DNA from: a virus
Virus record (IMG/VR): IMGVR_UViG_3300032665_001045
Span: 3,519 to 67,518 of that record
Direction: 5' to 3' (one strand)
DNA length: 64,000 bases
Shown here: one piece after another, positions 1 to 10,151 of the stretch
Layout of the letters: every line of letters starts with the position of its first letter
How positions within the stretch are numbered: the stretch's first letter is position 1
Translations under genes and position numbers: made by a program
Notes under the pieces: generated by a model
Told to the model about the DNA's origin: nothing
The model's database searches: none
What the model saw: only the letters and a program-made list of their open reading frames with translations

Positions 1-1098
1 TTGGAAACTAGGAAAGCGTAAGATGTTTAGGCTAAAGTTAATTGAATCCTTGCTATACTTCTGTTTAAGATTAACTATGCTCCACAGGAATTCAGTAAGA
101 CTCAATAAGCATAAGGCATTGATGGTACACATAACATGTAGGCCGCGCAGTTTGCCACTATCCAATAGATAACTAACATTGCTAACCCATTGATTCCAAT
201 CCAAACCATCACGAATATATACCGCATGTCTACCCATGCTTTCATTGCTTGTATATATATCAAGGTCAATACCTTCACATGCTTCCAACAATCTATCAAT
301 TTTATCACGATCGAATCCTAAGTTACTGTTTAATGCAAGACGTGTCTTGCTCTGACCTTTGTGCTCTTTAAACCAGTCGAGGAGTTTCCACGTGTAACCC
401 GACATAAGCGGTTCACCCCCTGTGATGCGTAGCTCTTTGAGTGTTCTGTGTAGGTCTGATTCCCACCAACGGAAGAAGGCCTCAACGTAAGGATTAACTT
501 CAGTGATAGTATACAGTTGACTACTATTATGCTCATGAGTAAAATGGTTGCGGCCATCGGATACCAAGTCGGTATATGGTCCATTACGATGGATATCCTT
601 AACCCAACTGCTACTGAAAGCAGGATTACAGTAGCTACAGGCAAACTGACAAGTGCGATCAAAAGCAATTTCCAAGGTTTGTAAGTTGACGTCCTGTTCC
701 GGAGGTGTATTAAAAGCTTCATTTAAGTCTTGATCCTCATATATAACAGTTTTATAAACACGATCACTGATAGGCACAGGCACATCTACCCCAGCATACT
801 TAGGATCCTTGTACATATCTTCAATCTTCCAGCAGTATTCACATCCACTAGGGCGTTCGCCACGTTGCATCATACGACGCTCTTCTTTCTTCTGCGGTGT
901 ATTATGTATAGCACCAGGATTAATTAAGATAGCATCACGGTCAATGGCATGTGGTAGTGGATGATGACAACTTGTAGTCTGTCCTGATCCTAACCATATA
1001 GTAGCATTGTACCATTTGGCTGCACAGAAGCTTTCTGACTTAATGTCAATCACTCTACGCTTATATTGTAAGTCTGATTCGTTAGGCTTTTTCGGCAT
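1..1098 (-). CDS. Radical SAM protein with N-terminal twitch-like Cys domain (runs off the left edge; absent from the ORF track)
   Basis: Read by hand from ATG at 1098: MPKKPNESDLQYKRRVIDIKSESFCAAKWYNATIWLGSGQTTSCHHPLPH...RPSGCEYCW...DRTCQFACSYCNPAFS (CxxxCxxC); same frame reads ...LNILRFPSFQ at base 1; paralogous to 1082..2476. Confidence 0.9.
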   Translation of the reverse strand, partial: MPKKPNESDLQYKRRVIDIKSESFCAAKWYNATIWLGSGQTTSCHHPLPHAIDRDAILINPGAIHNTPQKKEERRMMQRGERPSGCEYCWKIEDMYKDPKYAGVDVPVPISDRVYKTVIYEDQDLNEAFNTPPEQDVNLQTLEIAFDRTCQFACSYCNPAFSSSWVKDIHRNGPYTDLVSDGRNHFTHEHNSSQLYTITEVNPYVEAFFRWWESDLHRTLKELRITGGEPLMSGYTWKLLDWFKEHKGQSKTRLALNSNLGFDRDKIDRLLEACEGIDLDIYTSNESMGRHAVYIRDGLDWNQWVSNVSYLLDSGKLRGLHVMCTINALCLLSLTEFLWSIVNLKQKYSKDSINFSLNILRFPSFQ

Positions 1099-2476
1099 GA
1101 TATTTACATTCGTTCCAAAATTCTTTCATTTGTGGGAAAGCGGCTAAGAAGCCAGGATTTCCAGTTTGCATATATTCATCGCGGCGGTCATATTCACTGA
1201 AGAAACGATAAAAGTCTGCACGCTGTTCTTCAAGATATTTAGGTTCCTTAGGTTCTTTCATCCAAAGTAAGTTACGTTCCATACGCTGTATTTCATAGTC
1301 TTTAAATCCTACAAAACTATCTTCAGGCATGACATTTTCTTTCATATATGCTATTACGTCTTCTAACACAGTATAATAACTTGCTGGAAGTATTTGTAGA
1401 CTTTGCCATGTAGGACTACGCAGCAATGGCGTGTCAAACCAAACACGTTGATAGGTTGTACTATGTAACTTGCGTAATTCTAAAATATGCTCTAATAAGC
1501 GTTTCAATCCAAGTATGTTTAAGTTACTCATAGTAATAATATAAGTTAAACTGTTGCGATATGGAATCTGTGTAAGGAAACGGTGTACATAAGTGTTTAC
1601 GCGATGCGGCCCCATGCCTCTGCGTATGTAGGCAGACTGTACAGGATCACCACTATCTAAACTAACATACTGCATGAAGTGTTCTATGCGCTCACCTTTG
1701 CATAGTTGTTTAACTTTGTCCATATACTTGTCAAACAGTTCTGGTTCTACACTAAAGTTACTGGTAACGTCTACATGTAGGTCACTTTTAGGTAGTTCCA
1801 GAATATAGTCAAACACACGGTACGTGTTCTTATCCATAAGTGGCTCTCCGCCTGTCATACGGAAGTGTTTAAGACTACCATATAAACTAGGCCACCAAGA
1901 CCAAAATGCTTCTACATAAGGATTGTGTTCACGTACTGGAATAGGCTTACGTCTACCTTCAAAGTGTTCTGGCGCATTGTGCGGAGTACTTGTAGGATAA
2001 GCACCAAACTTAGCAATGTCTTTGCCCCATTCGGTTGAGTATTGTGGACTGCAATAACTACATGCTAGATTACAGCCATGACTAAAGTTTACTTCTACAT
2101 AACTAGGAGTAGCATCTTCAAGGCCTGTGCTGTTTACAATAGTGTCAAAGTGTTCTGCGGCCCATGGCTCGCCACTACGATAATGACGGTCACTTAACTG
2201 TCCGTTATCTTCAGCTGACCAGCAATAACTACATTCACTTGGGCGTTCTTGTTTAAGCATGATAACACGTTGCTGTTTTTTATACGCTGTGTTGTGTAAG
2301 GCACTAGGATTGGCCAGCAATGGTTGTGGATCTATTTCATGTAGGGGTGGATGGTAGCAACTATTAGTCATGCCTGTTGTTAGGTGTAGACTAACCTGTT
2401 GCCATTTAGCCAAGCAGAGTGCAGGACCTAGTTTGTCCTTCATTGACTCTGCGCTCGACATGAAATCACTGCTCAT
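1082..2476 (-). CDS. Radical SAM protein with N-terminal twitch-like Cys domain
   Basis: CNLACSYC motif, TGGEP motif, N-terminal CLAKW...SCYHP...CSYCW. Confidence 0.9.
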   Translation of the reverse strand: MSSDFMSSAESMKDKLGPALCLAKWQQVSLHLTTGMTNSCYHPPLHEIDPQPLLANPSALHNTAYKKQQRVIMLKQERPSECSYCWSAEDNGQLSDRHYRSGEPWAAEHFDTIVNSTGLEDATPSYVEVNFSHGCNLACSYCSPQYSTEWGKDIAKFGAYPTSTPHNAPEHFEGRRKPIPVREHNPYVEAFWSWWPSLYGSLKHFRMTGGEPLMDKNTYRVFDYILELPKSDLHVDVTSNFSVEPELFDKYMDKVKQLCKGERIEHFMQYVSLDSGDPVQSAYIRRGMGPHRVNTYVHRFLTQIPYRNSLTYIITMSNLNILGLKRLLEHILELRKLHSTTYQRVWFDTPLLRSPTWQSLQILPASYYTVLEDVIAYMKENVMPEDSFVGFKDYEIQRMERNLLWMKEPKEPKYLEEQRADFYRFFSEYDRRDEYMQTGNPGFLAAFPQMKEFWNECKYHAEKA

Positions 2477-3080
2477 TGATTATCCTAGGTTTTATATAAT
2501 TAACTATGTCACACCAATTTACAATAGTACTCGGTGCTTTACATCTAACACTTATACTCCATCGTTCTTTGTCAAATACTTCAATATTATGCGGAATATC
2601 TACTCTGACTATAGTAGGTATATCTCCAATGGTTCTACGTTCAATTTCAACTAATCCATCAGTTAGCCATCCAGAATACTTAATCCAATCAGCAGCAGGC
2701 GTAGTACTGTGATCATGTATAGGTGAATTGACTGGTGTTTGATACCATACCATACTACTGATATCGGGATTGTTAATGACCCAATTTAAAGCAATAGTAG
2801 GCTGTACATTATTGTATACAAAATCAACGTGTGCTTCTGGATGAGTAAAAAATGGGCTTCTATAAAATAACATTGCAACAAATACTTCTAGGTCAATGCT
2901 TTTCATATATGATAACCATTGGTCTGTGAATATTGTAGTCAATTGCTCTTGCTCATACCCCCATATACCGTGTTGTTTTTTACTAATAAACGGTGAACTT
3001 TCTAATAAATGCTCAAAAGAAAAATTGCTATTAATAGCATTAGTAATGTCAACATCTACTAGGTACCAATTCTTATTCAC
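2466..3080 (-). CDS. Putative 2OG-Fe(II)/cupin-fold oxygenase-like protein
   Basis: HxD (AHVD) ... H (DIPHNI) ... RxS-like (RWSISVR). GTG start at 3080, overlapping the upstream stop, is preferred over the ORF-track start at 3161. Confidence 0.5.
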   Translation of the reverse strand: MNKNWYLVDVDITNAINSNFSFEHLLESSPFISKKQHGIWGYEQEQLTTIFTDQWLSYMKSIDLEVFVAMLFYRSPFFTHPEAHVDFVYNNVQPTIALNWVINNPDISSMVWYQTPVNSPIHDHSTTPAADWIKYSGWLTDGLVEIERRTIGDIPTIVRVDIPHNIEVFDKERWSISVRCKAPSTIVNWCDIVNYIKPRIINEQ

Positions 3081-3972
3081 GTACCATTGGTCCTTGATTT
3101 TTAAAGTTACTCTTATAATGATGTTTAAAGAACTTGCTTTCTTCTGGATCCATATCCACAATAGGTAATGCTAAACGTTGACGCAATGTATCACCTATTA
3201 CCTTGCAGTGATCCACAGCAATATCTTCATGGTTATATTCATTCCATAGGTCTGCAAGTGTGTCAAAGTCTTGCACCCAACGATATTCCCAATCGCATAG
3301 CATTGTTAAGTATGTACCCAAACGTGCGCCATATATTGCCCAAAATCCGTTTTCCACATCCGAGCCCACTGACTGCCAAATACACAAATGGTCATAGTTG
3401 CGATGATGTACTTTACTTTCAAATTCTTGTAAGCTAGGTTTAGTGCCGCGATCTAAGCACATCTTAACACCTTCTCTAAAGCCTGCTCGCCATGCTTGAA
3501 ATGGTGTTTGATTTGGATATGTTGTTGAATAGCAGTCACTCATAGCCCAATAGTTAGGGTAAAAACAAAACTCTACATCGTTCTTAGCGTCACCGTCACT
3601 GGCTTCATGTGTTCGCATGTTATACACAAACTCTTTAGTCCAGCAGCTTAGTCCTCCGTTTCCGTACTGTAGCCCATTAATATGGTTGCGAGCACGCCAA
3701 CGAAATACTTTATCGCTATTAGCATCAGTAAGAGCAAGCTGAAGGTTGAAAAATCCTGGATCGGGAATATTATCACCGTCAACGACCACAAAACGATCAG
3801 TGTCGCTGATGTCAGCACATGCCTTGTGTGCGGCGTCACTGCCCTTAACGCCGTCAACCCTTTTTGCCCATGGTACCATGTTTTGAATCTTAATCCAATT
3901 TTGTTCTTTATTAGGTTCATCATATGTTAGGTAAATGCAGTCCAGGTCTGCGATATCAATTATTTGCGTCAT
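3073..3972 (-). CDS. Glycosyltransferase-like protein (GT-A fold, GT2-like)
   Basis: IYLTYDEP...VDGVKGSDAAHKACA...FVVVDGDN (DxD after a hydrophobic strand). Confidence 0.65.
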   Translation of the reverse strand: MTQIIDIADLDCIYLTYDEPNKEQNWIKIQNMVPWAKRVDGVKGSDAAHKACADISDTDRFVVVDGDNIPDPGFFNLQLALTDANSDKVFRWRARNHINGLQYGNGGLSCWTKEFVYNMRTHEASDGDAKNDVEFCFYPNYWAMSDCYSTTYPNQTPFQAWRAGFREGVKMCLDRGTKPSLQEFESKVHHRNYDHLCIWQSVGSDVENGFWAIYGARLGTYLTMLCDWEYRWVQDFDTLADLWNEYNHEDIAVDHCKVIGDTLRQRLALPIVDMDPEESKFFKHHYKSNFKNQGPMVRE

Positions 3973-4312
3973 AGTGTTCTACGTTCTCATAGGTCTCACC
4001 GGGCTCTAATACAAGCCCAGCGTGATTTTTTACAGTTTTGTAACCAACTTCACTCTTACTTAATTGTACACGATAACCGGGATTGTTGTCAATCAATTTA
4101 AGTTTATTATTCTCAACAGTGTACTTAGAATAATTAGTGTACTCATCCAAGGTTACTACAATATATGACTGATCTAAAGGATCCCCAGTCATAGTACAAT
4201 GAGTAATATTGCCCTGTTTATCGTAGTATATACGATATTCTTTATCTAGCACAGGCAATAGTTCAATCATTGCTATGGCTTTTAGAAACTCATCTTCTGA
4301 ATTCATGTTCAA
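3956..4312 (-). CDS. Hypothetical protein
   Basis: 118-aa ORF overlapping both neighbours in the same operon. Confidence 0.7.
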   Translation of the reverse strand: MNMNSEDEFLKAIAMIELLPVLDKEYRIYYDKQGNITHCTMTGDPLDQSYIVVTLDEYTNYSKYTVENNKLKLIDNNPGYRVQLSKSEVGYKTVKNHAGLVLEPGETYENVEHYDANN

Positions 4313-5153
4313 ATCTCTCTACTACTTCATCAGTGACCCAATTTTTATCCTGATAGTGGAATGGGTGATATTGATTAATATTATTAACTCTGATCATAGG
4401 TAAGTCCAATTCACTTAAGACCAATTCTGGCCACGGAGTTGTTTCGGGCCAAGTGTTAATAGCATTTTTCATATGTGTAAAATTAACAAAGTCTATTTCC
4501 GGTAAGGTGCAATTCTCTACTCCTAGGTGACTGGCAGCCATAGCATAAACCACATCTGTAGTAGGTAGTTCTTCTCTACAATTAACCAATACGTTGTCTT
4601 TAATAAAGTTCCAAGAATTGTAAATACTTTCTGCTATATCAAAAAAATCATATGCTTCACGACTATAACGGAAATACATCAGTCCATTATAAGTATCCGG
4701 TAGATTATTGTCATCAAATATTTTTCTATATCGGCGCACTTCGCTGGCTTCGCCTTGGTAATCCCTACAACCTAGACTTAATACTACGTTACGCAATCTA
4801 AACATCGTCCACCAATGTTCGATACTGCGTGTAAACACAATGTCACTTTCAAGTTTAATTGTTTCTTTAAATGGTGTTAGTTCAAATACCTGCGGCTCGT
4901 TACGTAACTTCCATGTGTCGTCTTGGGCACTATCAAACGGAAGTTTGATAACGTAGTCGAATATCTGTCGATGTCGATCTTCGACTTTGGCTAACGTAGC
5001 TTCGTCTACTATCACAGCATACTTAGCAGTAGGCATAACAAGTTTAATGCTCATAGCCTGTACATAGGCCAGCTTTAAGTAGTTGACCTGTTCGGTATTT
5101 TGTGCAAAAGTAACAAACCCTTGCTGTTCTATAAATGGATTTATTCTTGACAT
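4290..5153 (-). CDS. Nucleotide-diphospho-sugar transferase-like protein (GT8-like)
   Basis: NYLKLAYVQAMSIK...TPFKETIKLESDIVF (DxD-like ExD)...YNGLMYF...TDVVY; paralogous to 5141..5899. Confidence 0.6.
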   Translation of the reverse strand: MSRINPFIEQQGFVTFAQNTEQVNYLKLAYVQAMSIKLVMPTAKYAVIVDEATLAKVEDRHRQIFDYVIKLPFDSAQDDTWKLRNEPQVFELTPFKETIKLESDIVFTRSIEHWWTMFRLRNVVLSLGCRDYQGEASEVRRYRKIFDDNNLPDTYNGLMYFRYSREAYDFFDIAESIYNSWNFIKDNVLVNCREELPTTDVVYAMAASHLGVENCTLPEIDFVNFTHMKNAINTWPETTPWPELVLSELDLPMIRVNNINQYHPFHYQDKNWVTDEVVERFEHEFRR

Positions 5154-5899
5154 ACGGTATCCACAAACTTAACGTGTAAATCACTTTGTAAATAATCTTT
5201 ATCCATGATGTGTATGTTTTGACGGGGTATAAACCTAGCAACATCTTCTCTAACTATCAGCATATTGCCTCGAATGTCTATTTGTTTAACGGGCTTGTCA
5301 ATGGTCAGCATAGGCCACGGTATTCCCTGTGATTGGTTAGGTGTGTAGCCATTGATGATATTGTTAGCAATAGCAAACGCATAATCGTTGCGAAAGTTGC
5401 GTTCACGTAATTGATAGAGTTTGCAATAATAAGAGTAATTGCGCTGTATGCGTCCTACTAGATTAAACAGTAAGCGAGTTTTTTCTGTGCGTTTAAACAC
5501 AATAGCAGTAGCCCAGACATAATCTAAACTAAGCACACCCATATTGCCTACACCATTATGCTGTAGTCTATAATCTTCTGTAGTATCTAATAGGGTAAGC
5601 AGACTACGGTCTAATACTAGGTAATCACTGTCAATTAAAATAGTTTCATCGTAGGGACTAACATCATATGCTGTGTATCTATCACCATTACGCCAAGCAG
5701 TTCCGCCAGCATAACCAGCACGCACATTAGTAAAGGTATTATCAACTTCTTGATCTGTGATAATAGTCACAGGTAGTCCAAGTGTATGCTTAACAAGACG
5801 TGCAGTTTGTTCGGCAATTGCTACATAGTCAACTGCTTCTGTGTTAAAAGCAAAGATTAATACACCTCTAGATACGTCTTGCACGCTTAATCTCTTCAA
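5141..5899 (-). CDS. Nucleotide-diphospho-sugar transferase-like protein (GT8-like)
   Basis: DYVAIAEQTARLV...SPYDETILIDSDYLV (DxD)...RNDYAFAIA; the true start may lie a few codons downstream. Confidence 0.65.
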   Translation of the reverse strand: MKRLSVQDVSRGVLIFAFNTEAVDYVAIAEQTARLVKHTLGLPVTIITDQEVDNTFTNVRAGYAGGTAWRNGDRYTAYDVSPYDETILIDSDYLVLDRSLLTLLDTTEDYRLQHNGVGNMGVLSLDYVWATAIVFKRTEKTRLLFNLVGRIQRNYSYYCKLYQLRERNFRNDYAFAIANNIINGYTPNQSQGIPWPMLTIDKPVKQIDIRGNMLIVREDVARFIPRQNIHIMDKDYLQSDLHVKFVDTVCQE

Positions 5900-6182
5900 A
5901 TTGAATATGCCATGTGTTCATTACACGTTGATAGTGATCTTGGCACAGGCTTAAAAATTCTGTACGAACAATTTTAATTGGGTTTTCGTAGGTATCTTCT
6001 AAGAACAATTCGTCACTGGGCCATGTGGCTAAGAACGCAATCAGTTCTGGGCTGACTTTGAACAAACCATTGTTGTAGGCTACATGCAGATCAGTTAGAA
6101 TCTTTTCACGTAGAATACGTTTATTGGTTTGATAATCAGTCGCTTGTTTGATTTGTGTTACTAATTGATCTAATTCACTCAT
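5868..6182 (-). CDS. Hypothetical protein, first gene of the modification cluster
   Basis: 104-aa ORF ending in TAG. Confidence 0.7.
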   Translation of the reverse strand: MSELDQLVTQIKQATDYQTNKRILREKILTDLHVAYNNGLFKVSPELIAFLATWPSDELFLEDTYENPIKIVRTEFLSLCQDHYQRVMNTWHIQFEEIKRARRI

Positions 6183-6198
6183 ATAAGTATATAGCCGT

Positions 6199-6229
6199 AA
6201 AAAAAGGTAAGCAGGAAAAACTTACCTTT
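6199..6229 (-). terminator. Rho-independent terminator-like hairpin
   Basis: AAAGGTAAG (6203-6211)/CTTACCTTT (6221-6229) stem followed by a T-run on the minus strand. Confidence 0.55.
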
Positions 6230-6250
6230 ATTATATACTCTATTTAACTA

Positions 6251-7219
6251 TTATGCAATAGTCGGAGTACCCCAGCTATTAGTCAAATATGTAGATTCTG
6301 GTGGAATAATATCTACTCGATGTGTAACAGTTACGTTGACACTTTCATTAAATGATAAAGATTTTGCTGCTAAGTATACACCAATACTCAAATTGATCGT
6401 TACACCATTATCACCATGACCACTGGCATTTGTAGTGGAATTGTACGCATTAACGTATATATAATCACCATTATACGTACTTGCGGTACTATAAATATTT
6501 TGAATTAAGTTAACTTGGCTACCAATTGCATTAGGTAAGTTATAATACCCGTTGCTGGTATTTACAGTACCACCTGTACCACCTGTGCCTGTGCGTCCAC
6601 CAAAGGTAGTCGCTTTTAAACCTTGTGCAGTACCAACGTAACCTAACAATGTAACTACATCGCCGCTACGATTGCTACCGTCATTATTAGTTCCACTCAT
6701 AACTAAGTTAATTTGTCCGCCTGCGTTAAAGAAATAACGAGCAGCATCGCCACTGGCAAATGTTACAGTACGGGTTACTCCAAAGACAAGTGCCGAAGTA
6801 GTAGCAGCATTGGTCCAAGAAGCAGTAAAGTTACTACCTGTTATAGTTGTACCTTGTGAGCCGTAAGATGCTTTATTAGTATTAATTGATGTTACCGCAG
6901 TTGCTACGTTTGAAAAATATGTAATTGTCTGTCCGGATGTAGCATTTAAGTTACCTGCAGCAATTTGTGTACCACCTTGATGCCCTAATGCACGATTAGT
7001 TAAAAGGAACAAACCGGCCCATTGAACGGCTGTTACAGTAGCAGCAGTAGACACTGTGTTAATTAAACTAAGATCTTGGCCGTACCCAAATTGGCCACTA
7101 CCAACGCCCATAACATAAGCAACGTTATTTGGACTTGATGTGTATGTACCCTGTGTTCCGCCCCAGGCTAAGTTATTATAGTCCGTTGCTGCAATGGTGC
7201 CGCCTGATGAATATGACAT
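6251..7219 (-). CDS. Virion structural protein (tail/baseplate-associated)
   Basis: G/T/S/N-rich; TFASGDAARYFFNAGG segment; last gene of the baseplate block. Confidence 0.65.
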   Translation of the reverse strand: MSYSSGGTIAATDYNNLAWGGTQGTYTSSPNNVAYVMGVGSGQFGYGQDLSLINTVSTAATVTAVQWAGLFLLTNRALGHQGGTQIAAGNLNATSGQTITYFSNVATAVTSINTNKASYGSQGTTITGSNFTASWTNAATTSALVFGVTRTVTFASGDAARYFFNAGGQINLVMSGTNNDGSNRSGDVVTLLGYVGTAQGLKATTFGGRTGTGGTGGTVNTSNGYYNLPNAIGSQVNLIQNIYSTASTYNGDYIYVNAYNSTTNASGHGDNGVTINLSIGVYLAAKSLSFNESVNVTVTHRVDIIPPESTYLTNSWGTPTIA

Positions 7220-7231
7220 ATTTTCTTTATC

Positions 7232-8848
7232 CTAACTGTTTAATTTAACAATGGCTTCGATCATACCTTCACCATCTGTTGTTTTATCTTCTAATGCGCG
7301 ACCAATTACATTAAATGCCGTCATTTCACTGCGCAATGCCGCACGTGCAAGGCCTCGACCAGCACTGACTAAACGATCGCCTTTGTTAACTCGACCAATA
7401 ACTCTAACAGGCACACGCCCGTTAACTGCTACTGCTGGGTGAGTATCATCACTACCCGCTGTACCATTTAATAAAAAGCCCGGTAATGTACTTATAACGC
7501 CAAATACTGCTTCTGACAATTCTTGAACTGCCTGTGTAATTTCCTTAATGCCGCCCAACTCTACTACAGTACCTGGTGCCATAGGAACATCTGCTTCAAA
7601 GCGTTCTGCAACGTCAGCGTATTGTGCTGAGGTAGCACGAGCAAATACTGTGTTAAACGGATTTGCGGCTGTACCAATGTTACCTACACCAGAACCACTT
7701 GCACCGTTAATGATAGCATTTATACCACCGCCAGTATTAACAGTTAATGCACCTGATAATGTTCCAGTTGCCATAGATAAACTAGAGCCGATAATATTTG
7801 TAGTATTTAAATTAGTAGCATACACGTTAGCGGTATATGCGTTAGTAGTTGTTACTCCAACTGAAAATACATTAGCAAATCTTGATGCTGAAAGACCAAG
7901 AGTATATTGATTGTCATTTGTTGGAATTATGTATTGACTACTTACATTGGCAAAAAATTGCGTAATTCCAGATGATCCGGAAATATTAATTGCTTTAGTT
8001 TGTGTACTGCCTTTATTAACATAGATGCCTATATCTTTAATACCAGTGCCATTACTAAAAATTTGTACGTCTGTGGCACTTGGATCAATTAGCAAGTCAC
8101 TACCTGCTTGTAATTTGCCTACACCTAATGTATAAGTGCCATTATTTGATCCTGCATCACTACGTAAGAATTGACTTGATGATAGACTATTAAAATATGT
8201 TGAGTTATTAGCAGTTCCAGAAAATTGTGCTCCACTAAGCGACGCAGAACTGATAAGTGTTACACCTGGACTAATAGTTGAAAAACCCGTAATTGCATTC
8301 GAACCCGTAAGCGGAATACTAAATGCAGTACCATAGTTAAAAATAGCTACTACGTAACTATTTACGTATAATTTAACTACAATGTGTGGATTATTACCTG
8401 TATCATACACAGTTTCTGCAATTGCACCACTGGTTCCTGCGGTTGATGTATATGCTGGTCCAATAATTACCCATGCTGATGATCCTGTACCCCCACCATA
8501 AACACTAAGTTGTGAAGTAGTAGTATTCCACCATAAGTCACCTTGAACTGGACCTGGAGGTGCTGTAGGACTTGCGGCAGAAGTATGCAACGGTTTCCAA
8601 ATGCTACCAGTATAGAATTTTATTAATGTGTTAGTGCTGTCGTACCATAGCTGACCTGTTAATGGTGCTTTTGGTGAATTAGAATTACTAAAATTTTCTA
8701 ATAATTGTACAAAATTTTCGTTTAAAAAAATACCATAACCAGCATAGTTCTTACCTACTAAACTTAAACTTGTTGAAGTAGTATTAACTGTATCATCTGC
8801 TAATGTTGTTAACGTAGCACCTGCGGTTGTAGTAATTATATATGACAT
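7232..8848 (-). CDS. Tail fibre-like protein with C-terminal peptidase G2-type intramolecular chaperone domain
   Basis: Shared N-terminus (SLSLVGKNYAGYG...ENFVQLLENFS...GQLWYD); C-terminal YADVAERF...PGTVV...GRVPVRVIG...KGDRLVS. Confidence 0.75.
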   Translation of the reverse strand: MSYIITTTAGATLTTLADDTVNTTSTSLSLVGKNYAGYGIFLNENFVQLLENFSNSNSPKAPLTGQLWYDSTNTLIKFYTGSIWKPLHTSAASPTAPPGPVQGDLWWNTTTSQLSVYGGGTGSSAWVIIGPAYTSTAGTSGAIAETVYDTGNNPHIVVKLYVNSYVVAIFNYGTAFSIPLTGSNAITGFSTISPGVTLISSASLSGAQFSGTANNSTYFNSLSSSQFLRSDAGSNNGTYTLGVGKLQAGSDLLIDPSATDVQIFSNGTGIKDIGIYVNKGSTQTKAINISGSSGITQFFANVSSQYIIPTNDNQYTLGLSASRFANVFSVGVTTTNAYTANVYATNLNTTNIIGSSLSMATGTLSGALTVNTGGGINAIINGASGSGVGNIGTAANPFNTVFARATSAQYADVAERFEADVPMAPGTVVELGGIKEITQAVQELSEAVFGVISTLPGFLLNGTAGSDDTHPAVAVNGRVPVRVIGRVNKGDRLVSAGRGLARAALRSEMTAFNVIGRALEDKTTDGEGMIEAIVKLNS

Positions 8849-8870
8849 ATTATTCCAGTTTTATTCTTAA

Positions 8871-10112
8871 TTAGTTCAGTGAAACCCATTGGCTACCAGT
8901 ATATCCATAGAAAGTTGGACTTGCATTGGCACCAGATGTTACAAATACTGTCATACCAGCTTTTGGTGAAGTAATAGCTGCATCGCGTGCTGTAGTAGTT
9001 GAATATACTGGATTTTGTATATAACCTGTAGCATTAACATTACCATTTAGATTATTGGAATAAACATTGGCAAATGGAGTACCGGTAGATCCAATATTAA
9101 CAGTGTTCGCTACATTTGGCAATAGACTGTTTGAATGCGTAGTAATACCTTGTATAACTGCATTTCCTGTTACATTCAATGTTGATCCTGCGTTTAATGT
9201 ACCTAATACCGAAACGGTATTAGACAAGATAATTGCTGCATTTGATCCGTTGATATTAACTGCTCTTAATGAATTGCTATTAACATAAAAACTAATGTCT
9301 TTCTTAGATGCACTATTGCTTGAAAAAGATATTTCAGATGATGCAGTAGGACTAACAAGTAAATCGCTACCGACTTGTAATAAACCGACACCTAATTGAT
9401 AATTTGTTGTTGCGGCAGTATCGCTACGTAAGAATTGATTCGAACCAATTCCATTTAATAATAGTGCATTACTGGCATTACCTGTGAATTGGCTACCTGT
9501 TAATGTATTTGAACTAATTAAATTAAAACCTGGGTTAATAGTACCAAACCCACTAATAGTAGTTTGCGGAGTGAACGGAGTTGCATTACCACTAACAATA
9601 CCAATTACTGTGCCAGCAGTATATAATTTAACCACTGTTTGATTATTATTATTACTATCTTTAATTGTTTCTGCTACTGCACCTGATGTGCCGCCAACTG
9701 CTGAAAATGCAGGACCAATTGTAACCCATTGGTTAGTAGGACCACTCCATACGCTAAGTTGTTCTGATACAGTATTCCAATATTGGTCGCCTACTGTAGG
9801 TGCTGGAGTACTCGGTGCAACACTGGCTGCTGTTAACGAACTAATTGGTTTCCATTCATTGCTACTACCACTAACACAAATTTTTAATAGAGTGTTTGCA
9901 CTATCCCACCATAGTTGCCCAGTTAATGGGTTACTTGGAGGCGCACCGTATGAAAAATTCTCTAATAATTCTACAAAATTTTCATTTAAAAAATTACCGT
10001 AACCGGCATAGTTTTTGCCTATTAGGGTAAGGCTGGTAGCTGATGAGTTAACTGTACCATCTGCAATAGTTGCTATAGTAGTACCAGCTGTGTTAGTTAT
10101 TGGATATGCCAT
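8871..10112 (-). CDS. Baseplate/short-fibre-like protein (paralog)
   Basis: TSLTLIGKNYAGYG...LLENFS...GQLWWD N-terminus shared with both neighbours. Confidence 0.7.
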   Translation of the reverse strand: MAYPITNTAGTTIATIADGTVNSSATSLTLIGKNYAGYGNFLNENFVELLENFSYGAPPSNPLTGQLWWDSANTLLKICVSGSSNEWKPISSLTAASVAPSTPAPTVGDQYWNTVSEQLSVWSGPTNQWVTIGPAFSAVGGTSGAVAETIKDSNNNNQTVVKLYTAGTVIGIVSGNATPFTPQTTISGFGTINPGFNLISSNTLTGSQFTGNASNALLLNGIGSNQFLRSDTAATTNYQLGVGLLQVGSDLLVSPTASSEISFSSNSASKKDISFYVNSNSLRAVNINGSNAAIILSNTVSVLGTLNAGSTLNVTGNAVIQGITTHSNSLLPNVANTVNIGSTGTPFANVYSNNLNGNVNATGYIQNPVYSTTTARDAAITSPKAGMTVFVTSGANASPTFYGYTGSQWVSLN

Positions 10113-10151
10113 TTCTCTTACCTATTGTTATATGTTATTTATCTTACTATA

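Noticed and set aside
102-927. ORF-track ORFs 102..308, 330..722 and 730..927
   Set aside because: They are shadows of the radical SAM gene 1..1098 (minus), which the track missed because its stop lies outside the window
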